From Deinococcus sp. (lineage in GTDB: Bacteria; Deinococcota; Deinococci; Deinococcales; Deinococcaceae): a stretch of DNA of 64,000 nt. The stretch lies in the NCBI GenBank assembly GCA_965261005.1, contig OZ253375.1:1120001-1184000 (forward strand). Direction: 5' to 3'. Every line of letters begins with the position of its first letter. Position 1 is the stretch's first letter. Both the position numbers and the translations under genes were made by a program. Shown here in pieces: positions 1 to 11,796 of the stretch. Below the pieces are notes generated by a model that saw only the letters and a list, made by a program, of their open reading frames with translations, searched no databases and had not been told where the DNA came from.

Positions 1-438
1 CACGGGAAAGCAACTGCTGACGGTCGCGCTGGGCGCTGGCACCGCCATGTGGGAGCAGGGTCCACATCAGCGGGAAGCTGAACGACTTCCAAGTGGCGCT
101 GAGCAGCAGGACGTTCACGTCGCTTTTGCCGAGCTTCCAATTGGTGCGGTCCAAGATCAGCCACAGATCGCCAGGGGGAAGCAGCTTCAACACAAAGCGA
201 GTAAAGAGGCCGTCTGGAACGACGAACTGGACAAAGCGCAGCAGACGCTGGTAACGCATCTCGCGGCTACCGGGAACTGGACATGGTTCTTGAGGCTGTA
301 GAGCACCACGCTACGCGCTTGCAGCACGGCCAGCACCAAGGCTGCCAGCACACAGAGACGGCGGGCGTCCAGAGGAAAGGCGGACTGAAGCGCGGCTTGC
401 AGGGTATCGTGGGGTGGTCGGCTCCTGGTGTTCTTCAT
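1..438 (-). pseudogene. IS4-family DDE transposase, frameshifted, partial
   Basis: Adding one base to the 3-base run at 272-274 joins ...KNHVQFP to [16 protein letters not shown]...WLILDRTNWKLGKSDVN. Confidence 0.75.
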
Positions 439-501
439 TCCAGAAAACATCGTACTGGAGCCGGCTTCCTGCTGTCTCCATCAGTTTTGAGGGGTAGTCA
501 G
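1..501 (-). mobile_element. IS4-family insertion sequence, partial (runs off the window start)
   Basis: Transposase starts [14 protein letters not shown] at 438 and contains LILDRTNWKLG after a frameshift. Probable element end CTGACTACCCCTCAAAAC near 501. Confidence 0.7.
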
Positions 502-528
502 CTAGAACCCCCCGCCCTATTTTGTAAA

Positions 529-1703
529 CTAATCCACGCCAATCGAAACGTTGTTAGCCTTTAATTTATCCTTCCAAAAGTTATACTCGTTTTTCTCCAT
601 GGCTAAAGTTGCTTTGCCAAGAGATCGATTATTATTACAAACCGTACCATTTATACCACAGCTCGGAAGCCACATGGGATTGTTAAATGAACTTCCGTCA
701 CTCTTAACCTTCGTCCACATTATGACGTTATTGCTCATTTCATTTCTGCCAAAGGTTGGTGGCGACAGCTTGGCCGCACCATTGATATCCCAAACGTAGA
801 TACCTACATTTTGCGCGGGAATAGGCTTACCGTTTGGCAAGAGCCCACTTGAGACAACTCTATTATTGTAAATCTTGTGATTAACACCACCGCTAATTGC
901 GAGACCTTGATTGGTGGTGCTAACAATTTGATTGTTATAGACATTGGCATTCGAACCATTATTCGAAGATGGTCCGTCGCCAAGCAGAATACCTCCTCCA
1001 GCATAAGAAATATCACTTTCAGGATTGGGGCTATAGCCACCCTGAATATAGTTGTCATGGATTTTTATTGGACTGCCAGAGGTGCCACTCGTTCCATACA
1101 TAATTATATTTTCTTCTGTAAAGCTTTTGCCCGGCTCATTTACTATCTCATTCCAAGCAATCTCAAGATTCGGAAGGCTCTTCAAAGTATTAAAAATTAT
1201 CGCATGAGCGAAGCTGCTTCTTTTAGTCAAACCGTTGCCATCGCTAATACGTCCGTCTATGTTTTTAAATTGGTTTCGCAAGATTTTTACTGTTTCACCT
1301 GCCGAAGGGTCTCCAGTAAAGAGATTCAGATATATCCCGTGTGTACTTTCAATATAGTTGTTTTCAGCGACAAGATTTTTAATCTGTTCCAAGTGTAGAA
1401 AGTCGCCAAAAGTTTTCCCAGCGACGTTAGGGTTCAGACCATAGCCTGTGGTATTGCGAATGGTCAGGCGGTTATTAAAACCCTTGACCAAGTGCCCTTT
1501 GCCGCGAATACTCGAGTTCTCAATGACAACCGGGTCGCTGGTTCGAATGTCAACGGCGGGCACGTTCGGATCAAGGCTTTGCCAATTGCCCGAGTACGTT
1601 CCACCCTTGGTGATAACCAGAGGACCGCCGTACTGAATATTGCCAGGCTTGGGCGCGGGCTGAGGTGTAGGCGCAGGTACGGGCGGAACGGTGCCCGCCG
1701 TAA
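529..1703 (-). pseudogene. C-terminal part (Pro-rich linker plus right-handed beta-helix/pectin-lyase-like domain) of an IS66-interrupted lipoprotein
   Basis: Frame stays open upstream of the listed ORF (CLTAGTVPPVPAPTPQPAPKPGNIQYGGPLVITKGGTYSGNWQS). Asn-rich repeats such as IHDNYI, VYNNQI and IYNNRV. Confidence 0.8.
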
Positions 1704-1711
1704 GGCAGGTG

Positions 1712-3188
1712 GTATGTGATTAGCGGGTGTTTTGTTGCTGTCGGTGGTCAAGCAGGGTTTGGAAGGGATCGAGTCCAGCGAGGCGGGCCGTTTGCGTAAT
1801 GGACTTGAAGATGGCGAACGCCTCGCTGCCCCCGAAGGACTTGCTGCACTGCGACACCTTGCGCGCGATCACCGCCGGTCGAAGTGCCCGCTCCGCCGCG
1901 TTGTTGGTCGGCGGTACGTTCGGGTCCATCAGAAAGCGCAGCAGATTCTCCCGCTGGTGATGCTTGCGGATGCCGCGCACCAGCCGTTTGTTTTCTCGTG
2001 AACGACACGAGGCGAACAGGCGCTTCTCGATCTTCAAACGCAGCGCCTCTCCACGCTGACGGTACTTGTCGAGCGTGCAGTCTCCCTGTTGGAAGCGCGC
2101 GTGCAACATCAAAGCCGCCCGGAAGTCTTCGAGCAAGCTCCGCGCAAAGTCCCGTCCCCGTCCTCGCTTGCCGTGCTGGTCCTCTAGCGCCGCTTCACAC
2201 GAGCGGATGACATGGTGAATGCACTTCTGCTGTGCTACGTCTTTGAAGCTGGCGTGGTCGTAGCTGCTAAAGCGGTCCACGCACAACACGCCCGCGTAGT
2301 TCTGCGGCACCACCTCCTGCACCTCGGCGTGGGTGTGCCGCGCGCGAATTTGGTACACCACCGAGACCGGTGTGCGGAACACCTGGAGCCAGGCTTGTTC
2401 CCCGTGCACCCGCCAGCCCGTGTCGTCCTGATGGACCAAGGGCTGCCGTTGCACGTCATCGCGCAACTGCCGGTACTCGCCTGACAGCGCGCTGCCCTCT
2501 TGGCTTTGTCGCAACGCGTCTTGCGTCAGCGCCCCCTGCGTCACCCTCAGCCCGCTGGTGAGGCGCAGCACCTCAGGAACTTTCCGAACCGGTACACCGA
2601 GATCATAGTGCAGCGCGTGAGCAAGGCTCAGCACCTCCGGACCCAGACGGTGGGCGGTGGCCCCTCGTTGATCCTCACGCACGTCCGGGTGCGTCGCTCG
2701 CACGCGGCGACCACAGTGCCGACACTGCCCCACGGCGAGGTGGTAGGCCGTCACTTGGGGACGGCGCTCCGGGAGGTCCGTGACAGTGGCGAGGTCGGTG
2801 TGGCTCGCGTCGAGCGCCCCACCGCACCGACACTGAGCGGGCAGGAGAACATCCACGACACGGGTGATGTCCTCGTTCTCAGGTGGCGCGCGGAAGGTGA
2901 ACGCGCCCTGCCCCGCGCGGCGTCCACTCGGCTGAGGGTTCGCCTTGGGGGTGCCTCGGCTGAAGGGGGCGACATGCTTCTTCTGGCGACGCTCCAACTC
3001 TTCGATCCGCTTCCTGAGCCGAGCGTTTTCTTCGTGCAGTTGTCTATTTTCGGCTTCGAGGCGTTCGATGCGAGCGGTGAGGGTACGCACCAACTCCAGG
3101 AGTTCGGTCACGCTGGGGGTCGCCTCGCCGCTCATCCCGCTTACCCTACAAGACACTCTCTCTCCCTACCACCTCGCTAATCAAATAC
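1712..3188 (-). mobile_element. IS66-family element (single-ORF type) with 8-bp target duplication
   Basis: Terminal IRs GTATGTGATTAGCG / GTATTTGATTAGCG (13/14). Direct repeat GGCAGGTG at 1704-1711 and 3189-3196. Confidence 0.95.
1720..3135 (-). CDS. IS66 transposase
   Basis: Coiled-coil N-terminus, Cys zinc-ribbon motifs, HQDDTGW, LCVDRFSSY, QKCIHH, PTNNAAERALR. Confidence 0.93.
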   Translation of the reverse strand: MSGEATPSVTELLELVRTLTARIERLEAENRQLHEENARLRKRIEELERRQKKHVAPFSRGTPKANPQPSGRRAGQGAFTFRAPPENEDITRVVDVLLPAQCRCGGALDASHTDLATVTDLPERRPQVTAYHLAVGQCRHCGRRVRATHPDVREDQRGATAHRLGPEVLSLAHALHYDLGVPVRKVPEVLRLTSGLRVTQGALTQDALRQSQEGSALSGEYRQLRDDVQRQPLVHQDDTGWRVHGEQAWLQVFRTPVSVVYQIRARHTHAEVQEVVPQNYAGVLCVDRFSSYDHASFKDVAQQKCIHHVIRSCEAALEDQHGKRGRGRDFARSLLEDFRAALMLHARFQQGDCTLDKYRQRGEALRLKIEKRLFASCRSRENKRLVRGIRKHHQRENLLRFLMDPNVPPTNNAAERALRPAVIARKVSQCSKSFGGSEAFAIFKSITQTARLAGLDPFQTLLDHRQQQNTR

Positions 3189-3828
3189 GGCAGGTGTTGA
3201 TCATCACGGCGGCCCAGTCAGCGTGGTCATAGTCCAGGCCGTCGCCGGCGTCCGTCACCACCAGCCTCAGCTCCCTCTTGCCCGCGATGCTGACATTTAC
3301 GCGCTTGGCGCCGTCCGCACCCCGCATCACGCCGCTATCGAACAGCTTCTGACCGTCGGCGTACACCTGAAAGACCACGCTGCCGCGGTTGCCCACCTCG
3401 TCGTCTATGCCGACGTCGGAGATAAACGTGGTGCATTTGGCGCCCACGTTGAAGGTGAGGCTGGAATTCGAGTGTACGCCGAGACCCTTGGCGTACTGCT
3501 TGCCCCCGATGGTCAGCTTGTGGCCGTCTTTGGCTCCCATCTCGCCGTTGCTCATGTCACGCTCGGCGGGTCCCCAACCGCTGGTCGCGGCCGTCCAAGG
3601 CTCGTTGCTCAGGTTATTGTCACCGGGATCAATGGAGAGCGCGGCGAGGCTGCCGGCGGTATTGTCCGTCCAGGAGTGATCCTGACCATCGTAGACGTAG
3701 TCGGTGACCTCGGTGGATGTGGTGGCCTTCGGCGTGGTTGGACTGGAGCAAGCGGCAAGACTCAGCGTCAAGGCGACAAGTCCGAACGGCATAACCAAAA
3801 CACGGGGGCGACGAGCGAAGGTGGTCAA
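3189..3828 (-). pseudogene. N-terminal part (lipoprotein signal plus NPCBM/NEW2 domain) of the IS66-interrupted gene
   Basis: Lipobox LSLAAC; NPCBM motifs [29 protein letters not shown]. Confidence 0.88.
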
Positions 3829-4162
3829 GAGGATTCTCCTTGGAATACAGCCGCTAGGCCGACAGAATTAAAGAAACGAACCGAATGTTCTGAAAAGCCC
3901 TTTCATCAGTCTTTCTTTAGTTCTTGATCTACCGCCCAACCAGCATACACAAGCTTTGATTTCTTGGAGGTTTTTTTGCTGCTCCAAAGTTTTCTCGCTT
4001 GGCACTGCTGCACCTTAACCAGACGCAATTAGAGGACTCTGTACAAATCAGCTTTTAAACCCGGCAGAAGCCAAGGACAAACGTAAAAAAAGGTCGTAAA
4101 TGCCGTATGAAAGCGTAAAAATATAATTCTAAAAATGAGCATAAATTAATATTTAGTTAAAC

Positions 4163-4185
4163 TTCATTGACATCACGTCAATGAA
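4163..4185. promoter_or_regulatory. Perfect 9-5-9 palindrome, putative operator
   Basis: TTCATTGAC-ATCAC-GTCAATGAA in AT-rich intergenic DNA. Confidence 0.4.
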
Positions 4186-4277
4186 AACTTGACAAACGCT
4201 TAAAAACGTTGATTAGGCACGCTTTCGCGAGACGGCATCAACGGCCCCAGGAAAGCCGCCACGAACGCCAATTGAAA

Positions 4278-4307
4278 GCGCCAGACGGATCACTGACCGT
4301 CTGGCGC
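4278..4307 (-). terminator. Hairpin downstream of the tRNA pair
   Basis: GCGCCAGACGG / CCGTCTGGCGC 11-bp stem followed by a short T run on the minus strand. Confidence 0.65.
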
Positions 4308-4310
4308 GCT

Positions 4311-4385
4311 TGGTGGGCGGTATAGGATTTGAACCTACGACCTCTCGCGTGTGAAGCGAATGCTCTACCGCTGAGCTAACCGCCC
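4311..4385 (-). tRNA. tRNA-Val(CAC)
   Basis: GGGCGGTTAGCTCAGCGGTAGAGC...TT-CAC-AC...GGTTCAAATCC...CCA. Confidence 0.96.
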
Positions 4386-4402
4386 AAAATATTGGTGTGC
4401 CT

Positions 4403-4478
4403 TGGTGGGCCCTACAGGACTTGAACCTGTAACCAATCGGTTATGAGCCGACTGCTCTAACCATTGAGCTAAGAGCCC
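4403..4478 (-). tRNA. tRNA-Ile2(CAT) (lysidine type; Met less likely)
   Basis: GGGCTCTTAGCTCAATGGTTAGAGC...CT-CAT-AA...GGTTCAAGTCC...CCA; body resembles Ile2 rather than Met tRNAs. Confidence 0.88.
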
Positions 4479-4512
4479 CCGCTCAAGGCTCCCGAGCCGC
4501 GCGGCGAAAGGG

Positions 4513-4541
4513 ACTATAGCAAGCCGAAAAACGCTTGTCAA
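4513..4541 (-). promoter_or_regulatory. Sigma70 promoter of the tRNA pair
   Basis: TTGACA-17 bp-TATAGT on the minus strand. Confidence 0.85.
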
Positions 4542-4554
4542 ACCAGAGATTTCC

Positions 4555-5226
4555 TCACTCGGCGGCGCGGCGGCGGCGACCCCAAAAGGTTAGCAGTTCC
4601 AAGTACATCTTGGAGCGGTGGCGCAGCCCGCGCCAAAAGCCGCGCTTTTCCTCTTTCATCACCTGCGACAGCTTGGGCAGCGCGACGTAGTCCCAACGCA
4701 CCCCCTGCTCTTTCAAGGCGTGCGTGATGGCAGGTTCCGGCCAGCGCTCCTCACCGAGGCGCGGCACCGCGAGCAGCCAAGCGCGCCGCGCGGCGCGCTG
4801 CCCGCTCAGATTCGGCGTCATACGGTTGCCGAAGTCGGTCATAAAGCCGCCCTCACTGAACACGCCGATGGCCATGTCGAGCTTGTCACGCCACACCGGC
4901 TCCAGCAGCGCCCGCAGGTGCGCCAGCGTCAGGCCGACCAAGTCAGCGTCCAGCATCACCACGTACTCCGCTTGGGTGGCGAGCAGACCGGCGCGCAAAG
5001 CCGGCCCTTTGCCGGCCTCTTGCCGCTCCAACACCCGCGCGCCGGCCCCACGGGCACACTCGGCAGTTCGGTCGCTGGAACCGTTGGACACCACGATCAC
5101 GTCCGGCGTGAGGCGGAGCGCGGTCGCCACCACCTCCGCGACGGTGTCCTCCTCGTTGTAGGCCGGCACGATAACGGCCACGCTGGGCGTCTCGCCCGCG
5201 GTTTCAAGGGAACTGCCCTGCCTCAC
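4555..5226 (-). CDS. Glycosyltransferase family 2
   Basis: VIVPAYNEE, GKGPAL, MLDADL. Start moved to GTG 5226, 7 nt after a TAGAAT -10 box. Confidence 0.88.
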   Translation of the reverse strand: MRQGSSLETAGETPSVAVIVPAYNEEDTVAEVVATALRLTPDVIVVSNGSSDRTAECARGAGARVLERQEAGKGPALRAGLLATQAEYVVMLDADLVGLTLAHLRALLEPVWRDKLDMAIGVFSEGGFMTDFGNRMTPNLSGQRAARRAWLLAVPRLGEERWPEPAITHALKEQGVRWDYVALPKLSQVMKEEKRGFWRGLRHRSKMYLELLTFWGRRRRAAE

Positions 5227-5271
5227 AGCGCACATTCTAGCCGATTCGCCTCACCTTTCAATCAGCAACAA

Positions 5272-6369
5272 TCAGAAAAGGGTGACCACGTCGCGCAGCA
5301 CCACAAAGGCCATCAACAACATGACCAGCGCGAGGCCGGCAAAGTTAATCAGACCCTCCTGCTCGAAGGAAAGCGGACGCCGCAACACGCGCTGCACCAG
5401 CACCAAGAGGATTCGCCCGCCGTCAAGGCCCGGAATGGGCACCAAGTTGAACAGGGCCAGGCTGAGGTTGATCGTGGCCGCGATGCCGACCACGCTCCAA
5501 AAGCCCGCCCTCGCCGCCTGACCGACGATGTTGACCGTGCCCACCGGGCCGACCACGCCTTCCTCGGGCTGCAAGTTGAGGGTGAAGAAGCGCTGAAACA
5601 AACCGCCGAAGGCGGACAGCGCCCGCGGCACCACGGTCACGCTGGTGGTCACAGCGGCGGCGACGGCGCCGCCCAGGCCCACACGGTCAATTCGGCGGTC
5701 CTCGCCGTAAAAGATGCCCAGCTGACGCTTGTTGCCATTCTCACGCGCCTGCCAGTCGAAGCTCAGCGTGAGACGCCGTCCTCCCCGCTCAACGATGAAG
5801 CTCTTCGGGCCGTCGGTGGCCAGGGCGTCTTGCACCTTGAGGTAACCGGGGCGCGCCTGGTCATTCACTTGATAGGTCGTGGGCAGCGGCTGGCCATCGA
5901 TCGCGACGATAACGTCGCCGGCGCGCAGGTCGAGCTGTTGCGCCCGCGAGCCCGCGATAACCTGGCTCACCTGCGCCCGACCCGGCAGCGGCGTCGCGAC
6001 GCCCTGGGCCGCGAAGTTGGCCGACAGCAGCGCCACCGCCAACACCCAGTTGAACACCGGGCCGGCCAACAAAATGGCCACTTTGCCGTGGGTGCCCAAG
6101 CTGGCGAAGCCGCGCGTCGGGGGCGCGACGCGGCCCTGCGCGTCCGGCTGCGGCGCCATGCCGTCGATGTCCACATAGCCGCCGATGGGCAGCGCGCTCA
6201 GGCGCCACTCGGTGCCGCGCGCCCGAAAGCGGGCCAGCACCGGCCCCATGCCGACGGAGAATGACTTCACGCTCACGCCCTGCGCCCGCGCCAGCCAGTA
6301 GTGGCCCAGTTCATGCCACACGGTCGCCACAATCAGAATCAACAGCCACAACAAAATGCTCACGGTCAC
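5272..6369 (-). CDS. rseP: RIP metalloprotease RseP (M50, PDZ domain)
   Basis: HELGH, IGGYV, NLVPIPGLDGG; adjacent to dxr. Confidence 0.92.
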   Translation of the reverse strand: MTVSILLWLLILIVATVWHELGHYWLARAQGVSVKSFSVGMGPVLARFRARGTEWRLSALPIGGYVDIDGMAPQPDAQGRVAPPTRGFASLGTHGKVAILLAGPVFNWVLAVALLSANFAAQGVATPLPGRAQVSQVIAGSRAQQLDLRAGDVIVAIDGQPLPTTYQVNDQARPGYLKVQDALATDGPKSFIVERGGRRLTLSFDWQARENGNKRQLGIFYGEDRRIDRVGLGGAVAAAVTTSVTVVPRALSAFGGLFQRFFTLNLQPEEGVVGPVGTVNIVGQAARAGFWSVVGIAATINLSLALFNLVPIPGLDGGRILLVLVQRVLRRPLSFEQEGLINFAGLALVMLLMAFVVLRDVVTLF

Positions 6370-6406
6370 GCCCCTTTGGTGCGAAGAGTCGAGGTTTGAA
6401 AACGGG

Positions 6407-7582
6407 TCATGTGGGCGCCGCCGAAGACAGCAGCTCGCCGGCCCGCGCCCGCGCCCAAGCGTCGGCGGCGAAGAGGGCGTCCCAGGTCAGCTCCTCGGTT
6501 GGGGTCTTCTCCAGCACCGAGCCGATCACGCGGGCGATGTCCGGGTAAGAAACCCGGCCCGCCAGAAAGGCGTCCACCGCCACCTCGTCGGCGGCGTTCA
6601 GGACCGTGGGGGCGACGCCGCCCAACTCGCCGGCCCGGTAAGCCAGGCCCAAGCACGGGAAACGCCCAAAGTCCGGCGCGAAGAATTCCAGCGTGCCGGT
6701 CAGGTCGAAGGCGGGGCCGGTCCAGCGCTCGCGCGGCCCTGCGCGCACGTCACCCGCTGTTCGCATCCCCTCTGGCGCCGCACCGATGGCGTAAGCGATG
6801 GGCAAGCGCATGTCGGAGGCGCTGAGGTGCGCCTTGAGGTTGCCGTCCACAAAGCGGATCAAGCCGTGAACCACGCTTTGCGGGTGGACCAGCACCTTGA
6901 CCTTGTCCAGGCTCAGGCCGTACAAGGCGGACGCCTCCAGTACCTCCAGCCCCTTGTTCATCAGCGTGCTGGAGTCCAGCGTGATCTTCCTGCCCATGTT
7001 CCAGGTGGGGTGGGCCAGGGCCTGCTGGGGGGTCACCCCGGACAAGTCCGCCGGCCCCACCCGGAACGGGCCGCCCGAGGCGGTCAGGATCAGCTCGTCC
7101 ACATCCGAGAGCTGTTCGCCCAACAGCAATTGGTAGAGCGCTGTGTGCTCGCTGTCCACCGGCACCAGGCGCCCGCCGCCCCGCTTCGCCGCCGCCCAAA
7201 TCAAATGTGAGGCGGCCACCATCGCCTCCTTGGTCGCCAGCGCCACCGCGCGCCCCGCCTCCAGCGCCGCGCGCACGGGGGGCAGGCCCGCGAGGCCCGG
7301 AACGGCGGCTATGACCACGTCGGCCGGATAAGTGGCCACCTCGCAGGGGTCGGCGACGACCCGTACCCCCGGCAGGCGCGAGCGGGCCTCGGCCAACTGC
7401 CCCCCCGCCACGCTGACCAGTTCGGGTTGAAACTCGCGCGCCTGCACCTCCAGCAGGTCCAGCTTCTGTCCGGCCGCGAGGGCCACGACCCTGAGGCCGC
7501 GTGAGCGCGCCACGTCCAGCGTTTGGGTGCCGATGGAGCCGGTCGAGCCGACCACCGCAATTCGCGTCACCGAGGCTTGCAT
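6407..7582 (-). CDS. dxr: 1-deoxy-D-xylulose-5-phosphate reductoisomerase
   Basis: [34 protein letters not shown]. Confidence 0.97.
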   Translation of the reverse strand: MQASVTRIAVVGSTGSIGTQTLDVARSRGLRVVALAAGQKLDLLEVQAREFQPELVSVAGGQLAEARSRLPGVRVVADPCEVATYPADVVIAAVPGLAGLPPVRAALEAGRAVALATKEAMVAASHLIWAAAKRGGGRLVPVDSEHTALYQLLLGEQLSDVDELILTASGGPFRVGPADLSGVTPQQALAHPTWNMGRKITLDSSTLMNKGLEVLEASALYGLSLDKVKVLVHPQSVVHGLIRFVDGNLKAHLSASDMRLPIAYAIGAAPEGMRTAGDVRAGPRERWTGPAFDLTGTLEFFAPDFGRFPCLGLAYRAGELGGVAPTVLNAADEVAVDAFLAGRVSYPDIARVIGSVLEKTPTEELTWDALFAADAWARARAGELLSSAAPT

Positions 7583-7639
7583 TCCCGCCAATCTGACGCA
7601 TAGGGGCGGGCGCGGCAAGCGTGGAAGTTACTTTGATTC

Positions 7640-8479
7640 TCAGATCAAGCCCACCACCGTCAGAAACAGGTAGGTGATGGGCACCGCGAACAGCAGCGAG
7701 TCCAGGCGGTCGAGCAGACCGCCGTGGCCGGGCAACGAGTTGCCCGAGTCCTTGGCGCGCAACGACCGCTTGATCAGGCTTTCGGTGAGATCGCCGAGTT
7801 GCGCGGCGCTCGACACCAGCAGCGAAAACAGCAGCGAGTCGTAGACGCTCCAGTCAAAGGCGTACAGCGCGACCACGCGGCTGGCCACGAACACCACCAC
7901 GAAGCTGAACAGCAAGCCGCCCACCGCGCCCTCCACCGTTTTGGCCGGCGAGACTTCTGGCGCCAGCTTGCGGCGGCCAAAAAAAGATCCGAAGAAAAAG
8001 CCGCCGATGTCGGTGGCAAAGGCCGCCAGCAACGGCAGAATCAGGTAGATCAGACCGCTGTCGGCGCTCGGCAAGTAGCGCAGCTTGAGAAAGTAGCCCA
8101 GCAGCCACGGAATGTAGAGCAGCCCGAAGACGCTGTACACCATGCGCTCCAGCGGCCTCTCCCCCGGCGAAGTCACCTCCAAAACCAGCATGTAGCCCAG
8201 CGCGAAGGTGAGCGCCACCTCGCGCCAAGACAGGCCCGCGAGGGGAACGCTGGTGTAGAAGGGGTATGAGGCCACGATCAGGGCGGCCCCGGCCACGTAG
8301 AGGCTTTTTCGGCGCACGTCCAGGTCTTGTCGCTCGCACATGTCGGCGTACTCGCGCAGCCCCAAGGTAGAAACCAGGAGCAGCGCCGGCAACAGCAGCG
8401 ATGTGCCGGCCCACAAAATCAGCAGCACGGCCGCGAAGCCGATCAGCGACGTGAGCACGCGAACCCGTAGCGTACTCAC
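7640..8479 (-). CDS. cdsA: Phosphatidate cytidylyltransferase
   Basis: SPAKTVEG, KDSGNSLPGHGGLLDRLD; start approximate. Confidence 0.93.
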   Translation of the reverse strand: MSTLRVRVLTSLIGFAAVLLILWAGTSLLLPALLLVSTLGLREYADMCERQDLDVRRKSLYVAGAALIVASYPFYTSVPLAGLSWREVALTFALGYMLVLEVTSPGERPLERMVYSVFGLLYIPWLLGYFLKLRYLPSADSGLIYLILPLLAAFATDIGGFFFGSFFGRRKLAPEVSPAKTVEGAVGGLLFSFVVVFVASRVVALYAFDWSVYDSLLFSLLVSSAAQLGDLTESLIKRSLRAKDSGNSLPGHGGLLDRLDSLLFAVPITYLFLTVVGLI

Positions 8480-8519
8480 GTGGCGCGGTCCACCCGGGCG
8501 TGTGGCGAGCGGTCCACCC

Positions 8520-9071
8520 TTACCCGAGGATGTCTTGCTCCTTGCGCTCCAACACCTCGTCCACCCGCCTGACAAACTCGTCGGTGAGCTTCTGAACCTC
8601 GGCCTCGGCGCGCCGCAACTCGTCCTCGCCCACGGTCTTTTCCTGCTTCTTGAGGTCCTCCAGGGCGCCTTTGCGCACACCGCGCACCGCGATCTTGCTG
8701 TCCTCGGCGTAGCCGCGCGCCGTCTTGACCAGGTCCCTGCGCCGCTCCTCGGTCAGGGCCGGCAAGTTGATGAAGATGGTGTCGCCCTTGTTGTTGGGGT
8801 TGAGGCCGAGGTCGCTGTCGCGAATGGCCTTTTCGATGGGACCCAGCGCGCCGCGGTCCCACGGCGTGACGACCAGCGTGCGGGCGTCGGGCGTGCTCAC
8901 CGAGGCGACTTGGTCGAGCGGCATGCTGGCGCCGTAATACTCCACCTGAATCTTTTTCAGAATGCCGGGATTGGCTCGCCCGGTGCGCAGCACCGACAAG
9001 CTGCCTTCCAGCGCCTCGACGGCCTTTTGCATGCGCGCCCTGGTATCGTCGAACACCTCGTTCATGGTCAT
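8520..9071 (-). CDS. frr: Ribosome recycling factor
   Basis: [19 protein letters not shown]. Confidence 0.97.
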   Translation of the reverse strand: MTMNEVFDDTRARMQKAVEALEGSLSVLRTGRANPGILKKIQVEYYGASMPLDQVASVSTPDARTLVVTPWDRGALGPIEKAIRDSDLGLNPNNKGDTIFINLPALTEERRRDLVKTARGYAEDSKIAVRGVRKGALEDLKKQEKTVGEDELRRAEAEVQKLTDEFVRRVDEVLERKEQDILG

Positions 9072-9136
9072 TTCGGCCTCCTCCCGTCAACCCACATAGC
9101 CCACATAGTACGCGTCCCCAGAAATCAACCCGCGAA

Positions 9137-9856
<720 letters not shown>

Positions 9857-9874
9857 CTACTCTAGAAAGACGGC

Positions 9875-9902
9875 AAAAAAAGGGCGGCCATTGGCCGCCC
9901 TT
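9875..9902 (-). terminator. Intrinsic terminator after tsf
   Basis: AAGGGCGGCCA/TGGCCGCCCTT hairpin with a T tract on the minus strand. Confidence 0.8.
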
Positions 9903-9914
9903 GCGCTCGCTCGC

Positions 9915-10727
<813 letters not shown>

Positions 10728-10785
10728 TGAAGCCTCCTGCCACAACAATGCTCTTGATTTGGGCCGGCCTTTCCTGTAGGCCAGC

Positions 10786-11643
10786 TCAGTACTCGGTGCT
10801 GGCCGGCGTTTCCTTCTGGCTCATCTGGCTCTCGACGTTGTCGCCGGTCGTCAATTGAACCGGCACGTCAATGGCCTCCCGAATCTGCTCGTCCTGCTCC
10901 TCTTGCAGCTCGTTCACTTGGGCCAGCTCCGGGTCGAGCGGCTCGCTGCTGACGTCCTCGCCGCCGCCGCGCGCCTCCACCAGAATGTCGCCGACGCGGT
11001 GGGTGATCAGCTGAATCGAGCGGATGGCGTCGTCGTTGCCGGGCACGATGTAGTCGATCAGGTCCGGGTCGGAGTCGGTGTCGGCCAAGGCGATAATCGG
11101 AATGCCCAATTTCTGAGCTTCCTGCACCGCGATGGCCTCTTTGGTCGGGTCCACGACGAAGAGGGCGTCCGGCAAGCGGCTCATCTTACGAATGCCGCCC
11201 ACGTAGCGCTGAAGCCGCTCGCGCTCGCTGCCCAGCACAATGCGCTCGGCCTTGGGACGCTCGCTAATGCGCTCGGACTCGAACAGCTCGTCGAGGTCGT
11301 TCAGGCGGTCAATGCGGGTTCGAATGGTGCGAAAGTTGGTCAGCATGCCGCCCAGCCAGCGCTGGGTCACGAAGGGCATGCCGCTGCGGCGCGCCTCCAA
11401 CTCGACAATCTCCTGGGCCTGCTTTTTGGTGCCGACGAACAAAATCACTCCACCGCGCTCGGCCGTCTGCTTGATGTAGTCGAAGCTGCGGTCGATCTGC
11501 TTGAGGGTCTTTTGCAAGTCAATGATGAAAATGCCGTTGCGCTCCGCAAAGATAAAGCGCTTGAACTTGGGGTTCCAGCGTTTGGTCTCGTGGCCGAAGT
11601 GAACGCCGGCCTCCAGAAGCTGCTTCATTCCGATGTACGACAT
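10786..11643 (-). CDS. rpsB: 30S ribosomal protein S2
   Basis: [27 protein letters not shown] before ATG 11643. Confidence 0.98.
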   Translation of the reverse strand: MSYIGMKQLLEAGVHFGHETKRWNPKFKRFIFAERNGIFIIDLQKTLKQIDRSFDYIKQTAERGGVILFVGTKKQAQEIVELEARRSGMPFVTQRWLGGMLTNFRTIRTRIDRLNDLDELFESERISERPKAERIVLGSERERLQRYVGGIRKMSRLPDALFVVDPTKEAIAVQEAQKLGIPIIALADTDSDPDLIDYIVPGNDDAIRSIQLITHRVGDILVEARGGGEDVSSEPLDPELAQVNELQEEQDEQIREAIDVPVQLTTGDNVESQMSQKETPASTEY

Positions 11644-11785
11644 GTGTCCTCCGGGCGTTTCGTTAGGATGTGGTCGCCCCGCTTGCCTCGCCAAATCAGT
11701 TCCCGAGCTGGCGCAAAGCGCGCCCGCCGCGACGCTCCAGCACGGCGGGACAAGGGCGTGGGCGCCCAAAAAAGGAGTATAGCAC
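11644..11785 (-). promoter_or_regulatory. rpsB promoter (extended -10) and long GC-rich leader, probably S2 autoregulatory
   Basis: TGCTATACT motif, then a ~125-nt GC-rich leader with GGGCG/CGCCC pairing potential. Confidence 0.45.
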
Positions 11786-11796
11786 GCGGGACCGGC

